DNA of 63,166 nucleotides, counting the filler, from Rhabdomonas costata (Eukaryota), in assembly GCA_019059605.1 (NCBI GenBank). It is 25 parts of 25 records of this genome, joined end to end, with 100 filler letters (N's around TTAATTAATTAA, not from the genome) between each part and the next. Parts side by side here need not be neighbours in the genome. Positions count along the whole stretch, not along the records: positions 37,991 to 40,419 come from JAHMHO010003450.1; positions 40,520 to 42,948 come from JAHMHO010003451.1; positions 43,049 to 45,468 come from JAHMHO010003452.1; positions 45,569 to 47,997 come from JAHMHO010003453.1; positions 48,098 to 50,525 come from JAHMHO010003454.1; positions 50,626 to 53,052 come from JAHMHO010003455.1; 19 more parts are not named here. One strand, given 5' to 3'. Position 1 is the stretch's first letter, and each line of letters starts with the position of its first letter. The notes under the pieces were generated by a model. It searched no databases. It was given only the letters and a program-made list of their open reading frames with translations, and had not been told where the DNA came from. This document shows positions 38,577 through 50,815 of this stretch, piece after piece. The translations under genes were made by a program, and so were the position numbers.

Positions 38577-40233
38577 ATGGGTCTGTTCCAGTCCAAGCGC
38601 AGGCTGGACCTCATCACCTGTGGATTAGGTTTCTTCCCGCCTCTGTGCTCACGCGATTCTCAGCTTTTGAATTTTGACATGGATTTTTAGTTGGGCTGCG
38701 AACCTTTTGGCTTGTTGAAATTGAACTTGTGTGCCCGTGAAATGGCAATGGAGGCGCACGGGCTGCGAACTGTGCGTTTGTATTGTGTGGAATGACAATC
38801 ATTTTCGTGGGGGGGGTCTTTTTTTTGTCCACATAGTATGGTGTGCTTCGGTTTTGTCAGACAACAGCGGTAAATCCACCATCATCAACCACCTCAAGCC
38901 CACCAAGCATCGTGAGGAGAACCTGGCTCCCACCGTGGGGTACCAGGTGGAGACCTTCTCCAAAGGTCAGAACACACCATTAATCACGTTCGCGTTTGTC
39001 GCTCATTAATCACGTTCGTTTGTCGTCATGGTTCTAACCATCTAAAGTCTTGCGGTGTTCTTCTCCATGTCACCGTTCTCATGCTTCTGTGAAATTCACA
39101 CTAGCAGTTGCATTTGAAAGGGTTTCCGAGGTAGAAAGTCCTAATGCGTCAAAATTCGCCAATCGTAGGCAGCTGTGAGATGCAAAAGATTCAGAATTAT
39201 CAACTTTAAGGTTGCCCTTCTGAACCCCCTGTGTTGTGGTGGCATGTCTCTTTCGTGGACTTCTTCTGAGCTGCTTGTTTGAGCGTTTGCTTTGCGACAA
39301 TTGTTGACATGTTTAGATGTTTAGGTGGGATAAAGAGAACCAAACTCATCTCTTGGTGTGTGGGCTTTTCCGTACAGGCAAGGTCAACTTCAAGGTGTTT
39401 GATATGGGCGGCGCGAAGAAGTTCCGAAACCTATGGGAGCACTACTACCACGATGTCAGTGGTACCTCTCATCCCCCTCATGTGATTCTGTCTTGCGTTT
39501 TCTTCTGCGTTTTCTTCGGCTTGACACCCTTGACAACGGGGGCACCGCCTGCCGAATGACTCGTTTGGCATCACTCAGGGGTTATCTTCGTCGTCGACAC
39601 GGCAGATCACATCCGCATGTGCCTGGTCAAAGACGAGCTTTCGATGCTGGTCTCCAACAAAGACCTGAAGGTCTGTTGATTTCTTTTTTCCGTTTTCTTT
39701 TTGCTCCCTATCAGCATATCACTCAAGTTCTCCAGAAACTTTTTTTAAAAAAATCGGTGAAAAAAATGGGAAACGAGGGCGGGCCGGAAAACCATCCGCC
39801 AAAATCATCGGGGCGGTGTGCAGAAAGACACATCGCCCCTTGCATACCGACTGATATACTTACTCTGCTCCTCCCTTCCGTTCATTTATTTTGCTATTCT
39901 TCAAATCTCCACTGTTCTTCGGTGCAGTGCCGGACTTTGGATGAACGGAGGGAATAAAGATGACAAAAAATTCGAGTGCAGTTTTTGCGTTTCATGATGG
40001 AAGCTGTGTGCCATGATCGCTTCCCGGAACCGCAGAGTGTGCCCATCCTGTTCTTCGCGAACAAGATGGACATCCCCGGCGCGGCGACCCCCGCGGAGGT
40101 CGCGGAGAAGCTCGACCTAGCCGAGCTCTGTGGCGACCGTCCTTACAACATCTTCGCTAGTAACGCGCTGTCCGGCCAGGGCGTCGAGGAGGGCTTGAAC
40201 TGGCTCTCCAGCACCATCACCAAGGCGGAGTAA
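38577..40233 (+). CDS. ARL6: ADP-ribosylation factor-like 6 (BBS3), complete, 5 exons (38577-38628, 38861-38965, 39378-39461, 39579-39670, 40036-40233)
   Basis: MG N-terminus, CGLDNSGKST, PTVG, FDMGGAKKFRNLWEHYY, FFANKMD and ASNAL. All four introns are GT-AG and in frame. Confidence 0.95.
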
Positions 40234-43200
40234 AGCGCGCCCTGCGTTCGGTCGCCGCAGAAATGGGGGAAAGGAAGGAAGGGGGAGGCTCACGGGAGTG
40301 CGTGTGCGTGTTTGTGAGGGCGGAGTGGTATGCTGATGGGTTTGGGGCAAAAGCGATGTGTTGTGGGTTGTGCCAGGAACAAAGGAGAGTATGGTGGCAC
40401 GATGACCTGCCCCCAAACCNNNNNNNNNNNNNNNNNNNNNNNNNNNNNNNNNNNNNNNNNNNNTTAATTAATTAANNNNNNNNNNNNNNNNNNNNNNNNN
40501 NNNNNNNNNNNNNNNNNNNGGTTTGGGGTTGACAACGTTGTGGCTCTTTGTGTTCCATTGGTTGCTTCAGGTCTCCACTTCCTGTCTGCCGAGTATCTTT
40601 CCTGTTTCAGGGGCTTTTCATGAAGATCTGCACATGGTTCAGCACCTTAGGCCAGCCGATGCCTCGGATGTCCGAGTCTGAGCGGAAAAAGTTTGGGGAC
40701 CTTCTGCTCTGCGCTGCCCTTGTATGACCCTCCTCTCTCGTTTTTCACAGGTCCATTCTTTGTTTGCAGATAAGATTTTTGATTGATCACTGAGGTGTTT
40801 TATCGTGCTGGGTGGTTTGACTCACCAGAATTATGCAGCAGCAATGGTTTTTTTTCGCGAACTCAGCGTGCTTCCAGCAAGCAGCTGTCCCACGGTGGCT
40901 CACAATTCGGCAGTTGTCGGTATATTCCATGGTCACTGCTGCACCAGAAGGTAGACCTACAATAGGTTCCAATACGTGAGCGGGTAGGACTTAATCTGGA
41001 CACGCGTTGGTCGGGTGCTGGAACGATCGCAGACCAAGCAGCCCGGAAAACTGAGGACTGGCAACACAAAATGGGAACCCAGATTCCAGCACGGTGTTGG
41101 GTCCACTTTGGGACCTCTGCAGCCCTGCATGCCGACCCCAGCCGTTCTGGGTTGATACAACGAGGCATGTCTCTTCACCATTAAAAAGTGGCTCACAAAT
41201 CCCGGATGCGCACCACTGCCTAGCCGTTATAGCAGATATTTGTCACTGATCCTTTGACAGCTGAACACCTTGAACTGAAGTGTGTCTTCGCTCGCACAGC
41301 TGGTGGACCAGTGGATGCACTCAGGGCTGGTGGAGTACGGGCGTCTGGTCGACACTACTGCTCTTAACATTGAGGTTCCTCTGCCCTCGGACGAGTAATG
41401 GAAAAGAACTATAGAAAGGGAACGGAAAGTCTGTGTCAGCGTGAAGACGGAATCAGTTGTATGTGTGTGTATTTCGGACTTAATGGAACCTCATACTTGC
41501 TGATTTCTGAACTCATGCTCATTGCACATGCCAGCAGCTTTCGGCAGTATTGCATTTGGCTCATTTTGCCAAAAAAAAAAAGGTTTTGGTGAAACAACTA
41601 GAGCCCTGCCTGCGGCATCTGGTGGGAAGCTACTGCCGTGCGAAGGCCCAGTTTCTCAGCGCTCTGGTGAAGACAGGTCTGGACACCCCTGTCTGGAGGC
41701 TGAAGAAGGTTCCCGTGGACGTCAGCCTGATGCCCACCATCATAGTAGAAGAGCTGGTCTGTTATTTCTCACTCCATCTGCGTGTTTGAAGGCATGATCC
41801 TAGGGTTTTGTGCTCATTCCATGTGGCTTCGTTTCTATGTTTACGTTACTCTGATGAAGTTTAGTGTTCTAACGTTGGAATGACCAGCCCCCAGCAAATC
41901 AACGATGCAGCACCCATATGCTCGGAACTAATTCTGGCGCATTCTCTCATCCTCCTGGTTGGTTCGCTCTTCTATCCTTCTCTCTGTTTGCTTGTTTCGA
42001 CCCTCTGCAAGCTGTTCCCGCAAGTCTTGTTATCCCGGTTCACGTCCTTTCCATGTTTTTTTCCTATCCCATAATGCAGCCTGCTTGTGCTGCGCAAGTC
42101 TTTGTGTGGGTATCTGCGGGATGCCTGCATGGTCGAAAGCACAGATTTGTATCTGTTTCCTTTGGGATAGATGGGATGAAATGTGGGGGGGGGGTGCAGG
42201 TTGCGGACTCCTCTAGTTTTCATTCTTGGGAAGGAAGGGATAGGGGATGAGTGTCATGCGCTTGCACTGCCTTAACGGCATTATTTCACGATATGGGCCA
42301 GCTCCCTATTTGTATGGTACTCTACTCATTCAAAGGGGCCCCATGCTGAGGTCTAGTATTCTTCTCCAGAAGCCCACTGAAGCCACATTATAAGGCGTTT
42401 TATTACGCGATGACTTTGCGCTGCCGCGGCGCACGGCGTCCTTGACAGTTTGCTCACCAAAAATAACACTTTTCTAGGGATGGGAGAGGATATGAAATCG
42501 GGAAGGGGGGCTCCTCCCACCTTCTCCCCGCCTTTTCTACTTAATGACAGAAGAAGGATAATCCGAAGCCTGCAACGAACCCTTAATCAGAAGGAAGGAA
42601 GCCGTTGGGGGGGTTGGCCTCCCATGTCCCCCAGCTGCTCGCTGCTGCTGCTGGATGCTCACGGCCTGCACACACACATTCCATTCACACACCACAGCAT
42701 CTCACACAGCCTTCCCAATTGCCACACTGAAATGACCAATGGACAAAAAGAAGAGACTCTGCATCCACGTTTCAAGACTTGATGTTTTGAAACCAACAGG
42801 TTAGGGATGGGTGGGCTATCCGATGGATGTGATCCGAACCGCCGACTCGAAGGCTAGGTTGTAGCACTAGCGAAAATTGTGGCCCGGCCAGCCCTTTTCC
42901 GCCAGCCCTTTTCAACTTAGCTAATTTTTTCTCAACGCCCCACCCACCNNNNNNNNNNNNNNNNNNNNNNNNNNNNNNNNNNNNNNNNNNNNTTAATTAA
43001 TTAANNNNNNNNNNNNNNNNNNNNNNNNNNNNNNNNNNNNNNNNNNNNGGGGTTTGTTTCTGCAAAGGAGCGATGTGGTTCTGCTTACACCGCGCTCGCA
43101 TTTAGACCTTTCTTTTGGATTCACTTCACTGTGTTGCTTTGAAATAGCTGTGAACGTTTTTTACGACGAAAGATCGCTCTGTCCACGGTGCACTCCTTCG

Positions 43201-45637
43201 CATTCACGCTCCCTGGGTCTGCGAGCGGGTCGCTGCGCCCCTCTCAGGTGCGTGAAAAACAATACAGCCCAGCAATGGGCGTTTGCGATGTGTGCGTCGG
43301 TCTCTGTGAGGGGGGGGATGACAGTGTGTTTTCTCAAATTTGCTTTGGGTTAGTCTTTCATAACACTACTGACAAGGAACCCAGCGAAAGGGATGTCATC
43401 AAAACAGTGGAGGAAAAAGTGGTAGAATGAAGGTGAAGGATGACGTTCCTGCGCCAAAAGTGCATGTTCTGAGGGGGCGGAGTTGGCGGCAGATTGAATA
43501 AAGTGCAGAGTGAATAAAGACTGCAGGTAGCTATAACCAGGGAAAATGGTAGCTCCACACCTGTGTCACATATGACACGACGCCTTCCCGAAATACAAAA
43601 TCCTTTCCACATAGAACCGCCATGTGCTGAGACATGGCGGTCTATGCTTTTACTTTGGCCAACTTGTGACACTCTTCTTTTCGTTTGTCCAAAGGCGAGA
43701 GACTCTTGGACTTAGAGGTTTTTTGGGGGGGGATCTACACTGTGCTGCGAAATGGAGGTAACATCTTTCTGTTCTGAAAAGTATTCCACCAGAAATATAG
43801 TCAACCGAGCTCGCTGGTGGTCTGAGCTCTTGATTACGCCCGCATTTTGATTTGATATTTTTTTCAAAGCCACCCTTTCGTCAGGTTTGGGCTTGCAGGA
43901 GTTTCCAGGAGTGTACTCGGTGGTCACTGCGATATATGAGGTTGATATGAAGCGATGGACCCCGCGCATCATTTGGTGGAGTTTCAGACGTTAAGATGCG
44001 GCGCATTTGGGGGAGTTGCCCCTTTCACAATTTTAGTGAGCGGCTCAGTGTTCAAGTTCGGTTTGCATTCGGGCTGGAAGGTGGTCTTTATCTTGGTCCA
44101 CATGCGTTGTTCCGCATGTGCGAAAACCGAACTGGGGCTGCAGAATCTATGGGGTGTTACTTTCACACAGACGATCAAGGAGCTGGCTGCACTGTACCCA
44201 TGTGCATCAGACCAGCATGCGCCCAACGTTCTGATTGTGGAATACTCGGTCTTCGCGGAAGGATCTGGGCCCAGCTGACCCGTCTCTAATCGCATGAGAC
44301 AGCTGGGGAAGCCGCAAGTGGGTGAGGCCTCAACTCCGGCCTGCGCCTCGTTTCCGCGCTCGTGCGACCGCCGTATCTCGTCTCGTTGTATTGCTCCATG
44401 TACTTTGTACAGCCGACTCACTGGGAACAGCCGCCTGGTGGGGTTCTGGGAGAGAACGACGATGCGGTCTGCTTGTGAGATGCTACAGTGAATGAGTCTT
44501 TAAGGTCACAAAGGCCCCCTGGGAGATGAGCGATTTTGTGACAGTGGCTGGAATCAGAGTGTAAGCGTGGGTATGAGTGGTCTTGAGTGGGTTTCACGTG
44601 GTTTGCAAATCCTTTCCATGCCCTTTGGCCCCTGTATGCATCCCTGCTAAGCTGCAACGCTTTCGATTGTTCTTGGTTACTCCGAGCCACCTGCTAAGAA
44701 TATGTGTGCTTGTGCTTTTGCTGTGCCGTTGGCTTCAAACTGTCGTTGGACTGTGGAAGGTTTTCACTCCCTTTCTTTGGTATGTTCATTTGGGGGAGAA
44801 GGGGTGGCCGTGGTCCTTGATCTGAAGACTGCGCTTTTCCGCGTATACGGTGGTCGTGATGGAAGCCGATTCTCCAAATTCCCTCCCCAACGGTTGTTCC
44901 GTATGAACCTACCCCGCATAGACAGTTTCAACCGCCAGAAGCCATTTACGTACGCATAAATGCGTTAGGGCGGCATCAATTAGGGAAGAATGTGTCGGTC
45001 ATTTCGCGATTCGGCTCCGGAAAAGCACCCGCCAGGTGTACACCATGTGGCGTGGCGTGGTAGCTGTGAAAAGGGTGATGAAAAATAATCACGGCCATAA
45101 GTTATAAAAATGGTTTAAAAATCCTTGTGGCATTTCATGGTCTCCAGCGGCCATTTTCAACTATGTCTACCGAACCCACCGATCAGGCATCCCGGTGGGG
45201 AGTGCTTCTGCGCTTCCGCTGCTGCGTATTGCCTTGATGTCAGGTTGTCAGTCCTTGTCAGTCCGTGAGATGCCCATTGCCGAATGACTTCTGACGCTCC
45301 TGATCATTAAACGTTCCTTCAGGAAGGTAGGGGGCAACGCTGGTAGGGGTCATCTTTTGGAGGGCATCGCTGATAGAGGGCTTAACTTGCACCCCCATGC
45401 AACCCGTCCCCGCGGCACTTCTAAAACCCGCGGGGTGTATTAGGGGAAGAGCATTTGGTCCCCCAACCNNNNNNNNNNNNNNNNNNNNNNNNNNNNNNNN
45501 NNNNNNNNNNNNTTAATTAATTAANNNNNNNNNNNNNNNNNNNNNNNNNNNNNNNNNNNNNNNNNNNNTAGTGGTGGTGTCAGCTTCAGAGTGGCAACAG
45601 GTCTTGAATGAACACATCAGCCCAGAGAACAGCTGAC

Positions 45638-47255
45638 CTCGCTGCTTGTCCTCCTCTTCCTCTGCTGCCTTTCGCTTCGCCTCCTGGACCTTCTGCCACT
45701 CTGAAGCTGACATACACCTGACAAGTCATCAACCAAAAGGGATTGCACAGAGTGAGTCAGTGGGAGCTCAGCATAGGACCCACACTTAAAATACACGCGG
45801 AAATGGCACCTGTCCAAGATAGTCAGTTTGTTTTCCATTTCTTGGCGCATGACTTCAAGCATATCCTTCGAGGGAAGAAGAATCTTGGTGTAGGCATCAA
45901 CCAGTGAACGAAAAAACTGGAAGTGCCTGAAAGAGCATAAGCAGAGGGTTTCAGAAAAGTGCATATCTGGGCGTTGTTCAGTTCGGTGAAAGATCCCAGG
46001 ACACGCAAGCAAACATGCAACCTGTGTGTGCCCTTGAGAAAATCAAACTGGGGATTCTTTTGCTCCCTCGCCGTGACGTTGCTCAGGAAGGATTGGCCAT
46101 GGCGAGCAACGTACTGAGCAGTCAGCCGAATCACATCCCTTAGGACACAAAGAGAACACAAGAGGGACAAGAAAACGCAACAACACCTTTTTGGACACAA
46201 GAAAGAGTGTCCGATGCAAGTTTTTTTTCGGACGGGAGGGGGGGGAGGTGTTATACGATTTATTAAACAATTTCAACAACGGTAACCAATACGGTGCCAC
46301 CGGCGCACCAAAATACCGAGGAAAGGTACCCAAAACAAAAATTCCAAGTGTTTAACACCGTTTAAAAACGTTAAACCGTTTTATACCCCCACAAAAATTG
46401 CGTCGGTCCAGTGTCCACGCCAGGGTCTCTTCTTCCTTCCACTCTTGAGACCATCCGAACAACAGTCTCCTTTCCATGATTTTCCCCTAACACACATTTT
46501 CTTCCCCTCTGTAAAATATCGATCGCCCCCCAAAACTTGCTCATTCAAAACTTGCTCATTCACCTTTTTTATCAGCCTTATACAATGCACGAAAAAAACA
46601 CATGATTTGTACAGTAAAATTTTCTATGAAGTAAGGCGGTTTGGGTGCTGCTCCAAATCACCCAGATCAGCAGATCACTCAGTAACACACTGAGGAGAGG
46701 GGTGCAGCAGCAGCAGCACAAACCCCTCAATACACACACTTTGTACTTGTCCTTTCCGCTTTACACACACAGACACACTACGCGCCATACAAGTCAAGTG
46801 GGGCAACTTCGACGGGCACAGCGATGGTGAAGACTGAGGGGCAAGGATTCTCTTTCGGCACAGGTCTTGCCTGCCTTGAAGGGACAATTTGCGCCTGGCT
46901 GAATTGGCCGTCACCAACCACCATTCCCTCCGCCTTCGCTGTGCCCTGGACAGGCTCAGGTTGCGGGGCCACTGCACCTTCCTTGGGCGGCTCCTTCCGG
47001 GCGGCAGCGTCGACGTCCTCTTTTCGCTGGCAGGGAAAGAAAAAAGATATTGATGATGTTACAAAAGCGCACTATTCCGATGAAAAGCGCCCGCCTCAAC
47101 CTTGAAGTCCTCCAGCTTCATCTCGTAGTATGCATTGTACGGGTTTTCCTTCAGAAGAAACTTGAACTTTGGGTTATCTTTCTCATGTACCCTGATTCGA
47201 GCCTCAAACTCCTTTCCATTTCGAGCAACAAATTGGGCAGTCTTGTCAACGATTG
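45638..47255 (-). CDS. SF3A1: Splicing factor 3A subunit 1 (Prp21), two SURP domains, 5 internal exons
   Basis: IVDKTAQFVARNGKEFE..NPKFKFL..NPYNAYY, then LDVIRLTAQYVARHGQSFL..REQKNPQFDFL, then FFRSLVDAYTKIL. Confidence 0.95.
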
Positions 47256-48729
47256 CTGAAAAAGGGGGAGAAATCAGCGTATTGCACAGTGCAGTGAGCA
47301 TAAAGGGCTTTTCTTTTTTTCCAAAAAAAAAACGATGGACAACATCACGGCAAGATGGGCGGTTTGGTTTCGAAAAATGACGTTGCATAAAGATGAACGA
47401 GAGAGAGAGAGAGAGAGATGAGCAAGGCGCGCAGAACATCATAACATCACAATATGAAAAAGTCCACAACCCTTTGCAGCTGTTCTCTCAAGAAACAGGG
47501 CGTTACATCAACCAAGAGACCAACGGCTTTGGGCGGCCCCAGGGTATGCACACCAACGCATACGACTCCGGAGACCCTGGAACAGTGTGCGGGCATTTGC
47601 TCGTTTCCTCCTATCTGTGTCTGCGCGAGTGAGTGGTATGCCCTGCCAACGGAGACTCGCGGTGGCTCGTGGCCCCATCGGGTTAGGTAGGGGAAAGGGT
47701 AGGGGTAAGGTAAGGGGTAAGGGGGTAAGGCCCCAGGAAGGGGCGGGAACCGGGCACCTCTTCCCAGCTTTCTATCCCGTTTGGGCAAAGAGAAAGAGCC
47801 CATTAAATTTCTCCCACGAAGGTTCAGCGAGCAGAGAGGATTTTATGAGCCTGAAAGTGCTATAGGACCGAGCACCCAGGCTGCACGCGTCCTGACTGGG
47901 ACACCTTTTCTTTTCTCCCTCCGCTCCGCTGTACTCCGCGGCCCAAGACATCCCGGACAAGCAAAAATTAACTCGACCCAACCCCACCTTCACAACANNN
48001 NNNNNNNNNNNNNNNNNNNNNNNNNNNNNNNNNNNNNNNNNTTAATTAATTAANNNNNNNNNNNNNNNNNNNNNNNNNNNNNNNNNNNNNNNNNNNNGAA
48101 TGTCAAGTCGGGTCACCGAGGCTTCGATTTTTCGAAGAGGTGGTGGATTCTTATTCAACGAGGGGGGTACGAGGATGAAAAAACCATCCACCAGCGCGCT
48201 ATGTGGGGTTCCGAAAGGAGAGGAGGGCAAACTCTTCAGGGCAAACACTTCCCTTTTGGGGGTGCAACGATGGCCTCAGGCTTTGCTTCGGAAGTTTGAA
48301 GGAGAAATTGTGGGCTGGAGTGAAAGTGATTCGGATGCCTTCACACACACACACACTCTGTTTCTTCAAAATATTGCTGGTATCGAGGAGCGTTGAGAGA
48401 GAATGGGGATAGGGGGATCAACCGCTTTTTTTTTGGCGGGACAGTCACGCGCACGCGAATGCACAGCAACGACAAAAGAAGCTGAGCTAGGCATTCGTTT
48501 TTTTTTGCGATTGTGGCCAATCCCCCCTCCGGCTTTCATAGATCAACAATGTTTTTTATCTTTTCGGGGCTCTCTGAGAGATTTCGAGAGGGTCCCAACG
48601 CGTGTTCTGAACCATCCCTGTGAAACTCCCCATATCATCTGCCAAAAGTGTCTACGCAGGAGCAAGGCGTTCAAACACAACTTTGCCCTCATTCCAACCC
48701 ACTGTGTCCAGCCAAGGCCAACCACACAC

Positions 48730-48786
48730 CTCCATTCGGGAGGCCAGGTTCACGGTCTGCCCCCAAACGTCAAACGCAGGGCACAT
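48730..48786 (-). CDS. Isolated class III adenylate/guanylate cyclase exon
   Basis: CPAFDVWGQTVNLASRME followed by a GT donor. Confidence 0.8.
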
Positions 48787-49000
48787 CTCTTTCACAACGC
48801 ATTCTGAACAGATAATCACGTACAAAAACATGCCCCAATCGTGCAAGACTACATTGCATAAAGAGGCTTGCTCTACTGCGAGTTATTGCTGGATGGAGGG
48901 GCGGAAGGCTTCACGAAAATATCTCTCAGGAATCTCTCGAGCGGAGGACGGATGTTGGTCGGGGGTCGAGGGTGGCAGTGTGACGGTGGTGGTGCTCTAC

Positions 49001-50392
49001 CACGGGGGCGCGCTTCCGCCGCAGCTCCTCCAGAAGGGCCCTTCTGCGGTCCTCCGCGGCTACCGCCGCGGCGTCCTGACCCCCAGGCGTCGCCACCACT
49101 TCCTGTGCCTCGATCAGCGCCCGCCGGGCTACCCTGCGAGCCATCTTCTCCTCGCGGGTGCGCTTCCTGGGGCGGCCCCCGCCCGCGGTCTCATTGGGGT
49201 CCTCCAGCTCGAACTCGTCCATGCTGTCCTCGTTCTCCGCCTCGAGCTGGCGCCGGCGGGCCCGCATTAGGCGCTCCACCCTGCGCAGGCACCGCATAGG
49301 GGGGGAGGGGGGCACAGAATCAAGAAAACAGAAAGCGATACATCCCATCCCATCCCATCCCATCCCAAGGTGGACATAATATGAGGCAGAGAGGTGGACA
49401 CACGAGCCGAATCTTCTCTCCCCCCTAAACTTGCAGCTAGCATGAAAACATCACAGTAGTGGACACAAGGGGGCGGTTTAGGAGTTTGCAGTATTGTGCG
49501 CGGCGCAGTAGGGCTCAGCCTCAGCATTGACACTGCACTGCGGATCAAGGAGAAAAAATCAGAAGGAACGCGTCAGTGAAAAACTTGCTCAAATTGCTCT
49601 TCTTACTCTTGAGTTTGAGTCACCACTAGTACGCTACATACACTAGGCTGGGAAACAACAGGTCGTTGAGAAGGATGACAAGTGTGTGGAAGGAGGCGTG
49701 GGGAGCGGAGGGGGGTGTACCGTGGGTCCTTGACCTGCCGCGAACCCCGCTGGCCAGGCTTGCTCTCGAACGCGGTGACCAAGCCGCCCTCGACCTCATC
49801 GTCGTCATCCTCCGCAGGGGCTGCCGACGCCGCCGTGGCCGCCTTTGGGGCCTTGCCAGGCCAGTACCTGCGGGGGGGCAGGTAGGGCAATGCTCACTCT
49901 CTCACTTCACCACAGGAACACAAATACACCACACTGCTGGGCGAAGTGAGAGTTCTATCGTTCTCAATTTGGAACATCCTCAAATACTTGCGCACCGAGA
50001 AAAAGGGCCACGTGCGGAAAAGGCATCGCTGATGATGTCCATTTCCAGTTGAAGAAAAGTCCCCTGGAATGCGGAAGGGTGAAGTGGTGAGGTGGGGCGG
50101 GGTGAGGGAGCGAAGTGTACCCCATCCACCAGAAGACAGTGTCAAGACACGATGGTTCATCATGCATCCCTCGGTTTGACCAGAATGAAAAATTAGGTGT
50201 CGGAAAAAGAAGCCACAATTTCAAAATGAACCTCTCTCATCATTACTTTGAGCTGGGTGAAACAGGGGGGGGGGTTAAAGTGCAAGTTTACCTCACTTTC
50301 TCTCCGATCACAGTGTCTGCCTGATACACTGCGCGGTCCTCCGCTCTCACCGCGGGAATCCCGCGCCGAGTGGCAGTCAGCATGCCGGCCAT
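49001..50392 (-). CDS. MFAP1: MFAP1/Spp381-like spliceosomal protein, N-terminal exons (50392-50292, 49867-49721, 49280-49001)
   Basis: EKVR|YWPGKAP..acidic..KDPR|VERL..RRR matches the MFAP1 N-terminal pattern. GT-AG joins are in frame. Confidence 0.75.
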
Positions 50393-50815
50393 GGGCGAAG
50401 CACTTCCTCACTGCCAATCCCTCCCAAGACACGCCCCCAACGCTCCTCTTCCCTCGTTCACTACACTTTCCACCAACCAGGAAAACAACCGTGTGTTCCA
50501 AAAGCAAAAATAAAAAACAAAAAAANNNNNNNNNNNNNNNNNNNNNNNNNNNNNNNNNNNNNNNNNNNNTTAATTAATTAANNNNNNNNNNNNNNNNNNN
50601 NNNNNNNNNNNNNNNNNNNNNNNNNCCCCCCCCCAACCCCAAGTCATTTAACTGCTCGTTTTTAACCGATTTGTATTTTTTTTAGCGTGCATCAATAGCG
50701 TTTTGGGGAACCGACTGCAAGCGGTGTCGTATGCACTCAAGTCGAGAGGCTATTAGCTATTTCGAGTGCAAGTATGCATTTTTCTCCCTCTGATTGATGC
50801 ATTCCCTTTCCGCAG

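Noticed and set aside
43049-45468. Several 80-145 aa ORFs in this contig (also in 22789-25215 and 40520-42948)
   Set aside because: No recognisable motif or reliable exon chain.
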